Of a stretch of 64,000 nt of DNA, positions 35,343 to 46,641 are shown one piece after another (position 1 is the first letter of the stretch; each line of letters begins with the position of its first letter). The notes below the pieces were generated by a model. That model had not been told where the DNA came from, searched no databases, and saw only the letters and a list, made by a program, of their open reading frames with translations. The translations under genes and the position numbers were made by a program. Source of the DNA: an uncultured Planctomycetota bacterium (lineage in GTDB: Bacteria > Planctomycetota > Planctomycetia > Isosphaerales > Isosphaeraceae); NCBI GenBank assembly GCA_963845755.1, contig CAWJTV010000036.1:1-64000 (forward strand). The letters run 5' to 3'.

Positions 35343-36721
35343 TCATTCGCGCGGTACGGACGAGAACAGGTCGCCGAGCCCCTCGGCCATCGTCGGGTGT
35401 GTCAGGACCATGTCCCTCAGCACCGTGTACGGTAGTCCGGCCGCCATCGCGACCTGGGCGGCGGCCATGATTTCGCCGGCCTCGACCCCGAATCCAGTGA
35501 AACCGAGTATGCGGTCGCCGCCTTTCTCGATCAGCGCCTTCAGGAAACCCCGCGTCTCGGAAAGCGTCCGGGTCCGCAGCACGGCTTCCAGAGGGATCTT
35601 GACCAGGCGGTACGCGACACCGCGCTCGCGGGCCTCCCGCTCGCTCAGCCCGACCCGGGCCAGTTCCGGATCGGTGAACAGGCAGAACGGCACCTGCCGC
35701 CCGGTGGTCACGCGATTCCCGCCGGAGAGGTTGTCCAGCACCACGCGGAAATCGTCGACTCCGATGTGCGTGAAGTACGGGCTGCCGGCGCAGTCGCCCG
35801 CCGCCCAGACGTCCTTTGCCGTCGTTTGCAATCGTTCATTGACCTTGACGTGACCGCGCTCGTCGGTCTCGACCCCGGCCTTCTCGAGGCCAATGCCGTC
35901 GGTGTTCGGGGTGCGCCCCCCGGCGACGAGGAGGTGCGTCCCCTCGATAGCGCCGCGCGCCGTACTCAGGCGGACGGACTGTCCGGATCTCCCTTCGACG
36001 CGCTGGACGGCGGTCCCGGTCAGGACCGCGATCCCCTCGTCCCGGAAGAGTTGCTCGACCGCCTCGGTCACGTCCGGGTCTTCGCGGTGAATCAGCGAGC
36101 CGTTCCGTTCGACCACGGTCACGCGGCTACCGAGGCGGCGGAAGACCTGCGCCAGCTCGAGGCCCACGTAGCCGCCGCCCAGGACGATCAGGTGTTCCGG
36201 GAGGTGATCCAGCTCCAGGGCCTCGACATGAGTCAGCGGGCGCGACTCCGAGAGGCCGGGGGTGTCGTCGATCCGGCGCGCGAGCCGGTGTTGATCACGA
36301 CGGTCTGGCCGCGGAGTGTCCGGGTCCCGCCCGCGTTGAGCGCGACCTCGACAGTCTTCGGCGCGACGAAGCGTCCGCTGCCCATGACGAGTTCCGCGCC
36401 GCTCTCCCGGTACTTCTGCTGATGGATCGCGACCAGCCCGTCGACCATCTTCCGCTTGCGGTCGCGGACGACGGGCATCTCGACCTTCCACGCGCCGGTG
36501 GTGATCCCGAACTCGGCGCCCCTGCGGAAATAGCTCGCGACCTTCGCGCTATGGACCACGTTCTTGCTCGGGAGGCACGCGATGTTCGGGCAGGACCCCC
36601 CGACATACCGCCGCTCGATCACGGCCAGGCGCTTCCCCTGCGAGGCCAGCGTCCAGGCAAGGAGTTTGCCGGGCGCTCCACTGCCCAGAACGACCAGGTC
36701 ATATTCTTCCGTCGTGGACAT
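35343..36721 (-). CDS. Pyridine nucleotide-disulfide oxidoreductase (MerA/RclA-like, without the MerA C-terminal CC), frameshift near 36280
   Basis: YDLVVLGSG, GGSCPNIACLPSK (CxxxxC), LGGGYVGLE, WAAGDC, HPTMAEG. Confidence 0.88.
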
Positions 36722-36795
36722 GGTTCCCTCCTCAATCGGGGATGAGCTCATCGAAAACTTGCCACCGGAGAAGACAATCGAGATGCTATCATTGC

Positions 36796-37166
36796 TCATC
36801 GACGGATCGAATAATAGTACCCGTTGCTCGTGATCGTTCCCGGATTCGACGCCGGGACCTGGTAAACGGGTTGAGGAGAATAGTACCAGTAGCCGGTGAC
36901 CGGTGCCGGGACCGGATAGACCGGTTGGGGGTAGTAATACCAGTAACCTGCGACCGCTCCTGGGATCGCCGCCGGGATTTGGTAGTTGGCTTGCCCGCGG
37001 GGGAATCCGGCATAGCGACCTCGGCCGGAGCTCCCGCCCCCTGCCGGGCGCCGGAGGAGTAGCGGAGCAACTCTTCGCCTCTTGCAGGCGCCGCCGAGCC
37101 GAGGATGACCGATGCCCCCACCGCAAGAGCCGCCACGAAAAGCAACGCCCGCAAATAAGCACGCAT
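36796..37166 (-). CDS. Small secreted Tyr/Trp/Pro-repeat protein (frame rejoined at a G-run near 37040)
   Basis: Signal peptide MRAYLRALLFVAALAVGASVILGSAAPARG; the alternative frame gives AGYWYYYPQPVYPVPAPVTGYWYYSPQPVYQVPASNPGTITSNGYYYSIRR-stop. Confidence 0.6.
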
Positions 37167-37319
37167 GGTGAACCTCTCAGTCGTCTGAAGCCCAGAATGT
37201 TCACATCCGACACTCCTTCGACGCCGGGACTCTCGAGGTTCTTACTCACCTCCTCGCGAACGCTCGCAACTTCGTGCCGGGCCCCCGACACGGCGTTCTT
37301 CAGGGGCAGGGCCAAGGAT

Positions 37320-37475
37320 TCGCCGTCCCGCGACGTGGCATGGGAGAGGGCTTCGATGGCCATCGCCCGGAAGGTCGTCCTGAACCGCGGAGTCGTGGCC
37401 GACGTGGCACAACTCCGCCGTGCCGGCTATACTAACGGCGAGGTCGGTGAGATCGTGGCCGACGTGGCGTTATGA
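37320..37475 (+). pseudogene. C-terminal remnant of an AhpD/carboxymuconolactone decarboxylase-family gene
   Basis: IARKVVLNRGVVADVAQLRRAGYTNGEVGEIVADVAL resembles the AhpD-like C-terminal helices; no N-terminal CxxC region. Confidence 0.55.
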
Positions 37476-37550
37476 CGTTCAGTGGCACTCGGCCGGATGA
37501 TTCGGATCAGACCGGACGGCAACTGGGCAGCTCGATCGGTGGCGGCCATC

Positions 37551-38162
37551 ATGGACCGGGACAACGAGACCTGGCGGACGCACCTGGATGGCACGGGCCC
37601 GGACCAGCAGGCGGCCCTGTCGGACCTGCGCGATGCGCTGTTGGGCGGGTTGCGGCGGGCGTTGTCGCATCGGGCCGGTGTCGGTGACGCGTTCGTGGAA
37701 GATGTCGTCCAGGACGCGCTCGTCCGCATCCTCGAGCGGCTCCCGCAGTTCGAGGGGCGGAGCCGGTTCCTGACTTGGGCGATCTCCATCGCCATCCGCG
37801 TCGCCATGAGCGAGCTGCGACGCCAGCGGTGGAAGGACGTGTCCCTCGACGCGGTGGTCGCCGACGCCGATCTCCCGCCGGTACGAGCCATCGATGACGG
37901 ACCCGGCCCGGACGCATTGTCGGAGCGCGAGGCGATCCTCGACGCGATGCACTTGGTGATCCGGGACGGGCTGACGGAAAAGCAGCGCGCGGTGCTGCTT
38001 GCGGAATTGCGAGGGGTGCCCCTGGACGAGATCGCCCGGCACCTCGGCAGCAATCGCAACGCCGTCTACAAGCTGACGCACGACGCACGCAAGCGGCTGA
38101 AACGGGGGCTGGAGGCGGCCGGGTTCACGGCCGAGGACATCGGCACCGCGTTCGCCGGGTGA
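37551..38162 (+). CDS. ECF sigma-70 factor
   Basis: Region 2 EDVVQDALVRI..FEGRSRFLTWAISIAIR; region 4 LTEKQRAVL..EIARHLGSNRNAVYKLTHDARKRLK. Confidence 0.9.
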   Translation: MDRDNETWRTHLDGTGPDQQAALSDLRDALLGGLRRALSHRAGVGDAFVEDVVQDALVRILERLPQFEGRSRFLTWAISIAIRVAMSELRRQRWKDVSLDAVVADADLPPVRAIDDGPGPDALSEREAILDAMHLVIRDGLTEKQRAVLLAELRGVPLDEIARHLGSNRNAVYKLTHDARKRLKRGLEAAGFTAEDIGTAFAG

Positions 38163-38172
38163 GGACAGGACC

Positions 38173-38409
38173 ATGTCGCTCTCGAAGGAAGAAATCGACG
38201 ACCTCGTGCGGCAGATCAGCCTCACGAGGGACGAGGAGATCGATTGCGAGCGGTGCCTGGCGCTGGTCGCCGAGTTCGCCGAGCGGGAGCTCGCCGGCCA
38301 GTCGGTCCCGGCCGGCCTGGAGGCCGTCGCGCATCACCTGTCGATCTGCGCGGACTGCTGCGAGGAGTACGAGGCGCTCCTTCAGGCGTTGAAGGCCATG
38401 GACCGGTGA
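38173..38409 (+). CDS. Small zinc-finger anti-sigma factor (ZAS/zf-HC2-like)
   Basis: IDCERC...HHLSICADCCEEYEAL (HxxxCxxC); 10 bp downstream of the ECF gene. Confidence 0.82.
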   Translation: MSLSKEEIDDLVRQISLTRDEEIDCERCLALVAEFAERELAGQSVPAGLEAVAHHLSICADCCEEYEALLQALKAMDR

Positions 38410-38594
38410 TACGACGCTTCGGCGGGGATCTCGGGAGACCAACGCCGACCGGGCCCCTGATTCGATCGCCGCGTCGTGTCGTCGAACCGACGCGCGCAGG
38501 CTTTTGGGGGATCCAAGGCACGACGAAGGTTCGCTTGCTTTCAGCTACTGGCGTCCAGGCCTCGCCGTAACGTGTTCCCGGGGTGCCCGTAGGC

Positions 38595-39572
38595 TCATTT
38601 CTTCGCCTCATCGAACTCCTCGGCAGCAATCGACATAGATTGCGCGCCACGCTCACGCACTTGGGCTTTCGGCGTGCGGTCGATCAGCAGGCTGAGCAGT
38701 TCCGGGCGACTGTAGTGGCCGCGCGAATCCATCAACCGCTTCCGCTCGTCGATCGAGCGGAAATCGAGGTCGGCGATCAGCACACCTTCACCCGAACGTA
38801 CCGGCGCGCCGAGCAATCCGCCCTCCGGGGAGACGATCGCGGTGAAGCAGCCGCCCGAGATCGGGCCGATCGCGCAACCGGTGTCCTGCATGATCCGGGC
38901 CTGCTGATCGGCGTCCAGCCAGGCGGTGGCGCAGACGACGAAGCAGCCGGATTCCAGGGCGTGCTGGCGGATATTGACCTGGATCTGCTCGGCGAATGCC
39001 TCGCCCGCGAACGAGCCGGGATACATCGCCGAGTGGATCTGCTCGCCGTCGACCATCAGGGCGTAACGGGCGAGCGGGTTGTAATGCTCCCAGCACGCGA
39101 GCGAGCCGATGCGCCCGACCGCGCTGTCGACAGCGCGCAGCCCCGAGCCGTCGCCCTGCCCCCAGACCATGCGCTCGTGGTAGGTCGGGGAGATCTTGCG
39201 GCGATGCTGGAGCAGCCCACCGTCGGCATCGAACAGTAATTGTGCGTTGTAGAGCGTGCCGCCGTCGCGCTCGTTCACGCCGATGGACACCACCGTCCCC
39301 GCCTGCTTGCAGGCCTCGCCGATGGCCTGGGTGGCGGCCGACGGGACGGTGACCGCTTGCTCGAGCAAGCGGTGGTGTTCCGCGCCCATCTTGAACGGCG
39401 GCTGCACGAAGGAGAAGTAGGGGTAGTAGGGCACCACCGTCTCCGGGAAGGTGGCGAACTGCACGCCCTGGCGACCGAGGGCGAGGATCTGCCGGCAGAC
39501 CTTGTCCACGGTGCCTTCGCGGCTGTAGAGGACCGGACTCAACTGGACGGCGGCGGCCTTGATGACGGTCAT
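38595..39572 (-). CDS. Nitrilase (carbon-nitrogen hydrolase branch 1)
   Basis: Triad motifs [24 protein letters not shown]. Confidence 0.93.
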   Translation of the reverse strand: MTVIKAAAVQLSPVLYSREGTVDKVCRQILALGRQGVQFATFPETVVPYYPYFSFVQPPFKMGAEHHRLLEQAVTVPSAATQAIGEACKQAGTVVSIGVNERDGGTLYNAQLLFDADGGLLQHRRKISPTYHERMVWGQGDGSGLRAVDSAVGRIGSLACWEHYNPLARYALMVDGEQIHSAMYPGSFAGEAFAEQIQVNIRQHALESGCFVVCATAWLDADQQARIMQDTGCAIGPISGGCFTAIVSPEGGLLGAPVRSGEGVLIADLDFRSIDERKRLMDSRGHYSRPELLSLLIDRTPKAQVRERGAQSMSIAAEEFDEAKK

Positions 39573-39633
39573 CGCGGATCCCCAATTGTTTGACGTCGGC
39601 AAATCGGTATCTCTTGACATGCGGCCTCGCTTC

Positions 39634-40572
39634 TCAGTGAGAAACAGGGGCCGGTTTGCTCGAACCGAAGAGCTCGGGGTGTTTCGCGACGTACTCCCGA
39701 ATACTCGTCGCCGGCCTGCCGATGATCGCCTCGAAATCGTGGGTCAGCCGGTCATACCGGTTGTCGGCATGGAGCTGGGCCATCGTCTTGAGGTGACCGG
39801 CGACGTGCTCGGGCAGCCCGCGAGCGGCGAGCTCACGCTTTCGCCATTCCGCCATCGGTACATCGACGTAGGTGATCGTCCGCCCGAGGGCCTCGGAGTA
39901 TTCCGACGCCACGGCCCGCATGTCCTCCGACTTCGGCCCGGTCAATTCGATCACCCGGCCGACTTGGGCTTCCGGGTGTTCCAGGACGGCCGCGATCACC
40001 TCCGCGACATCCCTCGTATCGATCGGGGAGGTCCTCGCGTCCCCGAAGGGCAGCCGGATCGTGCCGTCCCTCGCGATCGATTCGGCGGCCCATTGGGTGA
40101 AGAAGAAGTGCTGGAGGAAGACCGTGGCTCGGACGTGGACCACGGGCAGCCCGGACCAGTTCAGGGCCTGCTCTCCCAGCCAGTGCATCCGCTGCTGGAG
40201 CGAGTCGGTCATCGCCAGGAGGCTCATCTGCGAGACGGTCAGTTGGGAGATGTTGACGAACGCCTCCAGGCCACCCAGCTCGCGGGCGACCGCGGCGACG
40301 GTGACTGTCGCTTCCAGGTAGGGCGCGGACACGCTCATGCCGAAATACAGGCGACGGCAGCCGTCGAGGGCCCGCGCGACGTCCTCGGCCCGGGTGAGAT
40401 CGCCCACGACGACCTCGGTGCCTGTCGCCCGGAGCGCCTCGGCCCGATGGTCATCCGTCCGCGCCAGGGCCCGGACCGGCAGGCCCTTGCTGCGAAGGAT
40501 GGCGACCACCTCTCCGCCCACCCCTCCGATACGGCCTGCGGCGCCGGTGACGAGGATCGGTGATTGCGACAT
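39634..40572 (-). CDS. NmrA-like NAD(P)H-binding atypical SDR
   Basis: [34 protein letters not shown]. Confidence 0.88.
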   Translation of the reverse strand: MSQSPILVTGAAGRIGGVGGEVVAILRSKGLPVRALARTDDHRAEALRATGTEVVVGDLTRAEDVARALDGCRRLYFGMSVSAPYLEATVTVAAVARELGGLEAFVNISQLTVSQMSLLAMTDSLQQRMHWLGEQALNWSGLPVVHVRATVFLQHFFFTQWAAESIARDGTIRLPFGDARTSPIDTRDVAEVIAAVLEHPEAQVGRVIELTGPKSEDMRAVASEYSEALGRTITYVDVPMAEWRKRELAARGLPEHVAGHLKTMAQLHADNRYDRLTHDFEAIIGRPATSIREYVAKHPELFGSSKPAPVSH

Positions 40573-41167
40573 GGACGCGGCCCCTTTCTCTGCGATCCGG
40601 GTCTTGCCTGGATTCGGAACCGGAGGCGCCTGCCTCCGACGACTCGGGTCGCCGATCGCGGAACCGCTTCACGGCCGGCGTCCCGAAGACGAGGAAAGCT
40701 GCGACCTGGCTCCCGACCGCCTGTCGAAGGACCACTGCCCACCCAGGGACACCTTGCTTCAGATCTTTGTCGGTATCGCCCGGAATTTCCAGGTCCTTTC
40801 GACCGGCCTCAACACGCCTTACGTTAGCCACGAAACCGCATAGTATCAACGTCCGGATGTACAACGCCGATCAATTTCTTTGCGTTCAATATCCGTTGTT
40901 GCTATCCTCGCGTTGAGCCCGCGGAGCCGCAATCGAGGGCCCGGTGTGTTCGAGGGGTTTCACTTCCGGGATCAACTCGAAGGAGCCGCCGGCGGGTGTC
41001 GGGAAACCCGTCGGGATCTTGATCGACCGATCGGACGGAGCCATCCTGCCACGTGCACGGCCAGTTCTCGGGGGCTTGTGGAAATCCACACTCGACCCCG
41101 GTGGCGGCCCGCTCCAGGGCAGATACGTCAACTCCCGTGTTCGATCATTCGCCATCGCGAGGTTGAC

Positions 41168-44100
41168 ATGGCTGAAATCCCGACGGCGGACGGGAGCTGG
41201 ATCAACGCGGCGGCCGAGCGGTTCGAGCGCGCCTGGAAGAACGGGGAACGGCCGCGGATCGAGGAGTTCCTCATCTACGTGCCGGAGCCGCAAAGGCCGC
41301 TCCTGTTCCAGGAGCTCATGCGCATCGAGGGGGAGTTGCGTCGCCGCGCCGGCGAGGAGCCCAGCGTCGAAGAGTACCGCCGACGATTCCCGGGGCAAGA
41401 GAACACCGTCAGGGCCGTCTTCGAATCGCCCCTGTCTGCAACCAACGCGGCGGACGAGGCCGAGCCGGTCGGGCCGACTCGCGCCAGTTCCGTGTTCCGT
41501 CCGCCGGCCGGCTCCCCACCGCCCGAACTGGCCAACCACACCGACTACGAGATCGTCCGCGAGCTGGGCGTCGGCGGCATGGGCGTCGTCTACCTCGCCC
41601 ACAACCGCCTGATGGCCCGCCACGAAGTCCTCAAGGTCATCGGCCAGCAAATCGTCGAGCAACCCGGCGTGCTCGACCGCTTCTTGCGGGAGATCCGCGC
41701 CGTCGCCCGGTTGCGACATCCCAACGTCGTGAGCGCGTACTCGGCGTTCCGGTGCGGCACCAGTCTCGTCTTCGCCATGGAATACGTCGAGGGGTTGGAC
41801 CTGCGCCGGATGGTCAAGGCCAAGGGGCCGATGCCCATCAGCCACGCCTGTTATTTCGTCCACCAGGCGGCGTTGGGGTTGCAACACGCGCACGAAGAGG
41901 GGTTGGTCCATCGCGACATCAAGCCCGCGAACCTGATGCTGTCGCACCACAGGAATCGGCCGGTGATCAAGGTCCTCGACTTCGGCCTGTCCAAGGCGGT
42001 CAGCGAGCAGAATGCGAGCGAGCTAACGATCGGCATACCGAGCCTCCCGATGGACTTCGGCGAGCATCTCACATGCACCGGCGCGATGCTCGGCACGCCC
42101 GATTTCATCGCACCCGAGCAGATCGTCGACTCCCAGCGGGCCGACATCCGCGCGGACATCTACAGCCTGGGCTGCACGCTCTATTCCCTGCTGAGCGGTC
42201 ATCCGCCGTACCCGGATCGGAATCTCCAGGACCTCCTCAAGGCCCACTGCTCGCTGGATGCGCGGCCGCTCGTCGACGTGCGTGCCGAGGTGCCCGCCGA
42301 GCTGTCGATGCTGGTCGCCAGGATGATGGCCAGGGAGCCGGCCGGTCGCTTTCAGGAGCCGGCCGAGATCGCCGAGGCGCTGACGCCGTTCTTCAAGAAG
42401 GGGAGCGTCACTGTCGGGGGGGCGAAGCCAGACACCTCTCAGGTGGGACATCCGACGGCCGGAGGGCCGTCGGATGCGACGCGACCGGGTTCGATGTTGG
42501 AGGGCCTGATCGATCTCTCCGAGACGGATCCGCTGTTCGACACGATCCTGGACACCAGCCGGCCCGAGGCCGGCCCGGATCTCCTTCAGCGAGGGACGAC
42601 GGCGGTTGCGAAGCGGCGTCGGCTGGGGCCGCGGGGGTGGTGGGCCGCCGCCGGTGTGTTGCTGCTGGGTCTGTCGGGCGCCTGGTGGGCCGCGATCCTC
42701 AAGACCCAGCACGGGGTGATCGTGATCGAGAATGTGCCTGCGAGCGCGGTCGTTGAGATCGACGGAGACCGGCTGAGGCGCAGCCGCACCGGCGGCGAAC
42801 CCATCCAGATCGAGGCCCGCGCCGGCAAACACGTCGTGCTCGTCAAGCGGGGTGACGACGTGCTCCTGGGCGAGAGCGTGGTCCTCCCATCGGGGAAGCA
42901 ACTGAAGCTCAGCGTGCGTCTCGATCCTCCCGCGGCGGCGCAAACGACGAGAGCCGACACCGCCAAGGGACCATCTCCCCCGGGGCGTCCCACAGCGAAC
43001 GAGTCAACGGATGTCGAGTCCAGCACGCCATCCCCCTCGTCACCGACGACCGTGCTCTCGAACGCCGACCGCAAGTTGGCTCAGGACACCACCAAAGTCG
43101 GCGGGCCGAAGGTCGCGGAAACCGAGCCGGCCGTCGCAAGGAGCAATGGACCCAGGACCCCTGCGCCGCCGGTTGCCGCTATCGATGGCCCCTACCCGTT
43201 CCGGCTCGAGACCAACGGGTTGGGAGGCAGGCGATTCATCGACCCCGTCCGATTCGGTCCCGATGCCCTGGGTTTCAACGAAGGGTCCGCCAATACCGCG
43301 CCTTGGGCGACCAACGACGCCTTCGCCCGGCTCACGACCAAGGGCACGCTCGGCTACCCGCAATTGCCGGTGTCCCGATACGTGTTTGAAGTCGAACTCA
43401 CCTTGAACAAGGGCGGCGACGTCAATTTCCAACTCGGCGACCCGTTCCAGGCATCACACCTCGAGTTTCGATGGAATCCCAAGCAGGAGATGACCGAGTG
43501 TAAGCTGGTTCAATGGTATAATGATGTGGCGTATCACGGCCCGGGACGGAGCTTCACCACGGGCATGCGGATCAAGCTGAGAGTCGTGGTCGGGGACGGC
43601 TGGCAAACGTTGTTCCATGAGGACAACCGGGTTGTATCGACCTTCGCCTGGCCGGCTGACTGCTGTCTGCGGATCCGGTCGGACAACCCGGATTCCGCCG
43701 TGATCCACCGCTGCTCGCTCCGCCCTCTAACGGTCCAGGACCTCGCAGCCTGCGAGTGGCCGATCGCGCCGTCCCACCTGACCTTGGATGCCCGCGAAAC
43801 CGCGGAGCGGCTGGCTCTGATCCTCGCGCGATATCCCGCGCGGCCGAGAGCCGGGAGGCGTTTCGCCCTGAAGACGACCAATACCCCGATGGCGTGGATT
43901 CCGCCCGGCGAATTCGAGATGGGGTCGCGGGACCCGAAGGACGAAGGGCGGCATCGCGTGCGCTTGACGAAGGGGTACTGGATGGCCCAGATCGAGGTCA
44001 CCCAGAGGGAATACAACAAGGTGACCGGTGCGAATCCCAGCCGGTTCGCGGGCTCACCCTATCTGCCGGTGGACTGGGTGGCGTGGGACCAAGCGGCGGC

Positions 44101-44581
44101 GTACTGCCGGAAACTCACTGACCTGGAGCGCGAAGCAGGCCGGTTGCCCGCCGGGTACGAATACCGCCTCCCGACCGAGGCGGAGTGGGAATACGCCTGT
44201 CGCGCCGGCTCTGACCAGGATTTCAGCGTGCCGGAAGAATGGGCCTGGTCACGGGCCCGCAGTGGTGGCCGGCCGCACGAAGTGGCCGAGTCCCAGCCAA
44301 ACCCCTGGGGCCTGTATGACATGCATGGAAATGCCATGGAATGGTGTATCGATGCCTGGACCGAGTATCCGAAGAGCAAGAACGATGTGACGGTCGATCC
44401 GGTCAAGATCGGCCGGCCCGACAAGGAGACGACCTTCGTTGTCCGCGGCGGGGCCTGGTGGCTCCCTGCGGACCAGTGTACCAGCCAATGGCGCTCCCGG
44501 AATCACAACAACTCCAACGGTTTCCGCGGCTTCCGCATCGTGCTGGGGCCCGAGATCCGAGCCGCCGAGGTGAAGAACTGA
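41168..44581 (+). CDS. Membrane Ser/Thr protein kinase with a C-terminal FGE-sulfatase (SUMF1/CLec-fold) domain
   Basis: Planctomycete-type N-terminus FERAWKNGERPRIEEFL; LGVGGMGVVY, HRDIKPANLM, DFGLSK, GTPDFIAPEQ; a TM helix; then IPPGEFEMG, EVTQREY, RLPTEAEWEYACRAG, NPWGLYDMHGNAMEW, RGGAW, GFRIV. Confidence 0.93.
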   Translation: MAEIPTADGSWINAAAERFERAWKNGERPRIEEFLIYVPEPQRPLLFQELMRIEGELRRRAGEEPSVEEYRRRFPGQENTVRAVFESPLSATNAADEAEPVGPTRASSVFRPPAGSPPPELANHTDYEIVRELGVGGMGVVYLAHNRLMARHEVLKVIGQQIVEQPGVLDRFLREIRAVARLRHPNVVSAYSAFRCGTSLVFAMEYVEGLDLRRMVKAKGPMPISHACYFVHQAALGLQHAHEEGLVHRDIKPANLMLSHHRNRPVIKVLDFGLSKAVSEQNASELTIGIPSLPMDFGEHLTCTGAMLGTPDFIAPEQIVDSQRADIRADIYSLGCTLYSLLSGHPPYPDRNLQDLLKAHCSLDARPLVDVRAEVPAELSMLVARMMAREPAGRFQEPAEIAEALTPFFKKGSVTVGGAKPDTSQVGHPTAGGPSDATRPGSMLEGLIDLSETDPLFDTILDTSRPEAGPDLLQRGTTAVAKRRRLGPRGWWAAAGVLLLGLSGAWWAAILKTQHGVIVIENVPASAVVEIDGDRLRRSRTGGEPIQIEARAGKHVVLVKRGDDVLLGESVVLPSGKQLKLSVRLDPPAAAQTTRADTAKGPSPPGRPTANESTDVESSTPSPSSPTTVLSNADRKLAQDTTKVGGPKVAETEPAVARSNGPRTPAPPVAAIDGPYPFRLETNGLGGRRFIDPVRFGPDALGFNEGSANTAPWATNDAFARLTTKGTLGYPQLPVSRYVFEVELTLNKGGDVNFQLGDPFQASHLEFRWNPKQEMTECKLVQWYNDVAYHGPGRSFTTGMRIKLRVVVGDGWQTLFHEDNRVVSTFAWPADCCLRIRSDNPDSAVIHRCSLRPLTVQDLAACEWPIAPSHLTLDARETAERLALILARYPARPRAGRRFALKTTNTPMAWIPPGEFEMGSRDPKDEGRHRVRLTKGYWMAQIEVTQREYNKVTGANPSRFAGSPYLPVDWVAWDQAAAYCRKLTDLEREAGRLPAGYEYRLPTEAEWEYACRAGSDQDFSVPEEWAWSRARSGGRPHEVAESQPNPWGLYDMHGNAMEWCIDAWTEYPKSKNDVTVDPVKIGRPDKETTFVVRGGAWWLPADQCTSQWRSRNHNNSNGFRGFRIVLGPEIRAAEVKN

Positions 44582-46641
44582 AACCCTCCGGCCCACGAGC
44601 CGTCATGGACCTCCGCTCCGGAAGTGAACTCGTCAGCACGGAGGTTTCCACTGTCGTCAGCGCGCTTTGGTCGGATCGACGAATGGGTCGCCGTGGCTAA
44701 GGTTTGTCTGGTCTTGTCGGGAGTGCCCCGACCCCGCTGGAAGAAGGCGGGTCAAACGTTCCGCTGACCTTCAACCGAAAGGATCGAGGGGACAACAGCA
44801 TGCGGAAGAAGCGACGTGAGGCCCAGCGTCAAAGGGCCGAGAGACGTTCGCAAGTTAGGCCACGCATGGGTAAGGCTGGATTGCTTGAACTCCAGTCCCA
44901 GTGGGTGTGCTCGATCACCGCCGGGAATGACGCTGAAACCCGGATTCCTGTCTCACGGGGGCATGCCATTCACCTCCGTGATCTTCCGGCAGGACACACC
45001 CTGCAATGAGCAGGGGCAAGGGATGAACGGAGGCCCTCAACGTGGACCGGACCTGACCGACAACCACGGGATCGCCTAACGGCAGCAATGCCCAAGGCGA
45101 CAGAGTCCCCGTAGTAGGCATCGGCCCAAGGGGGACAGGACACAGGGCTTCACCAAGAAAGGGGTGACTCGGATGAGTCATTCAGCCCTACTCAGGCTTG
45201 AAGCACTGCGGAAGTGCAACACGGACCTCAACTGGGTCAACGCGGATCTGTATCGACTCCTCTACAAGACGGATCTCTACATCGTCGCGTATGAGAAAAT
45301 CAAATCCGCTCCCGGGAACTTGACTCCTGGCACCGACGGGATGACTCTCGATGGGTTCTCCATGGATGCCATCGACGACATCGTGGCGACCCTGCGAGAC
45401 GAGGGTTTCCAATTCAAGCCTTCGCGGCGGGAATACATTCCCAAGGCAAATGGCAAGATGCGGCCTCTCGGCATCTCATCCCCAAGGGACAAGATCGTCC
45501 AAGAGGTCATCCATGTGATCCTCGAAGCGATCTACGACAGTCCGAAAGGGCCTACCTTTAGCGACTGTAGCCATGGTTTTCGGCCTGGTCGAGGGACTCA
45601 CACGGCCCTGCATGAGTTCAGGACCAAGTGGTCTGGTGTGACGTGGATCATCGAAGGGGATATAAAATCCTGCTTCGACGAGATCGATCACCACGTCCTG
45701 GTTTCCCTGATCCGGAAGAGGATCTCGGACGAACGCTTCATCGGCCTGATCTGGAAAGCACTCCGGGCAGGCTACCTATGGAGGAAGGAACCGGGGGCCT
45801 CGTTTATCGGGACCCCGCAGGGGAGCGTGGCCAGCCCTATCCTCGCCAACATCTACCTGCACGAACTCGACCTCTTCGTCGAGGGACTACAGCAGAAGTA
45901 CGAGAAGGGCAGCAAGCGGAAGGACAGCCCCGAGTATCACCGGATCAACTATCGCAGGCAGCGAGCGTTGAAACGGTCAGGTGGGATCATGACGCCGGAG
46001 ATTCGCGCTTTGACGAAACAGATGCGATCTCTCCCGTCGATGGACACGTTTGACCCTGGCTTCGTCAGAGTCAAATACATCAGATATGCAGACGATTGGA
46101 TCGTCGGCGTCACGGGGCCGAGGTCCCTGGCCGAACAGATCAAGGACGAGATTCAGGCGTTCCTATGGGACAGGCTGAAACTGCAACTCAGCCAGGAAAA
46201 GACGGTCGTCACTCACGCCAAGACCGAGGAGGCCTTCTTTCTCGGGACGCGGCTTCAGGTGGGGGCCGTCAACCCACAGCCCAAGGTTACCCACTGCCAC
46301 AACCAACGGCGGCACTACCGGCGCCGGTGTACGGGGTGGAGCCCGCTGATGCGAGCGCCGATCAGGAAACTGGTCAAGCGTCTTCACCAGAAGGGCTTCT
46401 GTGACGGTGAGGGCATCGCCCGATCCAAGACAGCGTGGGTCTGCCTGGAGGTGAAGCACATCATCGAACTGTTCAACAGCACCAATTGGGGGCTGTTGAA
46501 CTACTACAGTGATTAGCGACAATTAGATTTCCTTGTCGACGACAATTAGAATTCCCTACTCGGCCATAGTGTACAAGCCCCTGGGATTCTGGCCAATTGA
46601 CCATCCCTCTCGCCTCTGGGATCAACCATTCCTGCGCTCGT

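Noticed and set aside
35343..36721. Mercuric reductase merA
   Set aside because: No N-terminal HMA domain, no C-terminal Cys-Cys and no mer operon genes.
38595..39572. Nit1C cyanide/nitrile cluster
   Set aside because: The nitrilase is related, but the radical SAM, GNAT, AIR-synthase-like and flavoprotein partners are absent.
45173..46516. Stand-alone retron or defence RT of 450 aa
   Set aside because: The ORF ends only because IS21 interrupts it; the remainder continues in frame at 49028.
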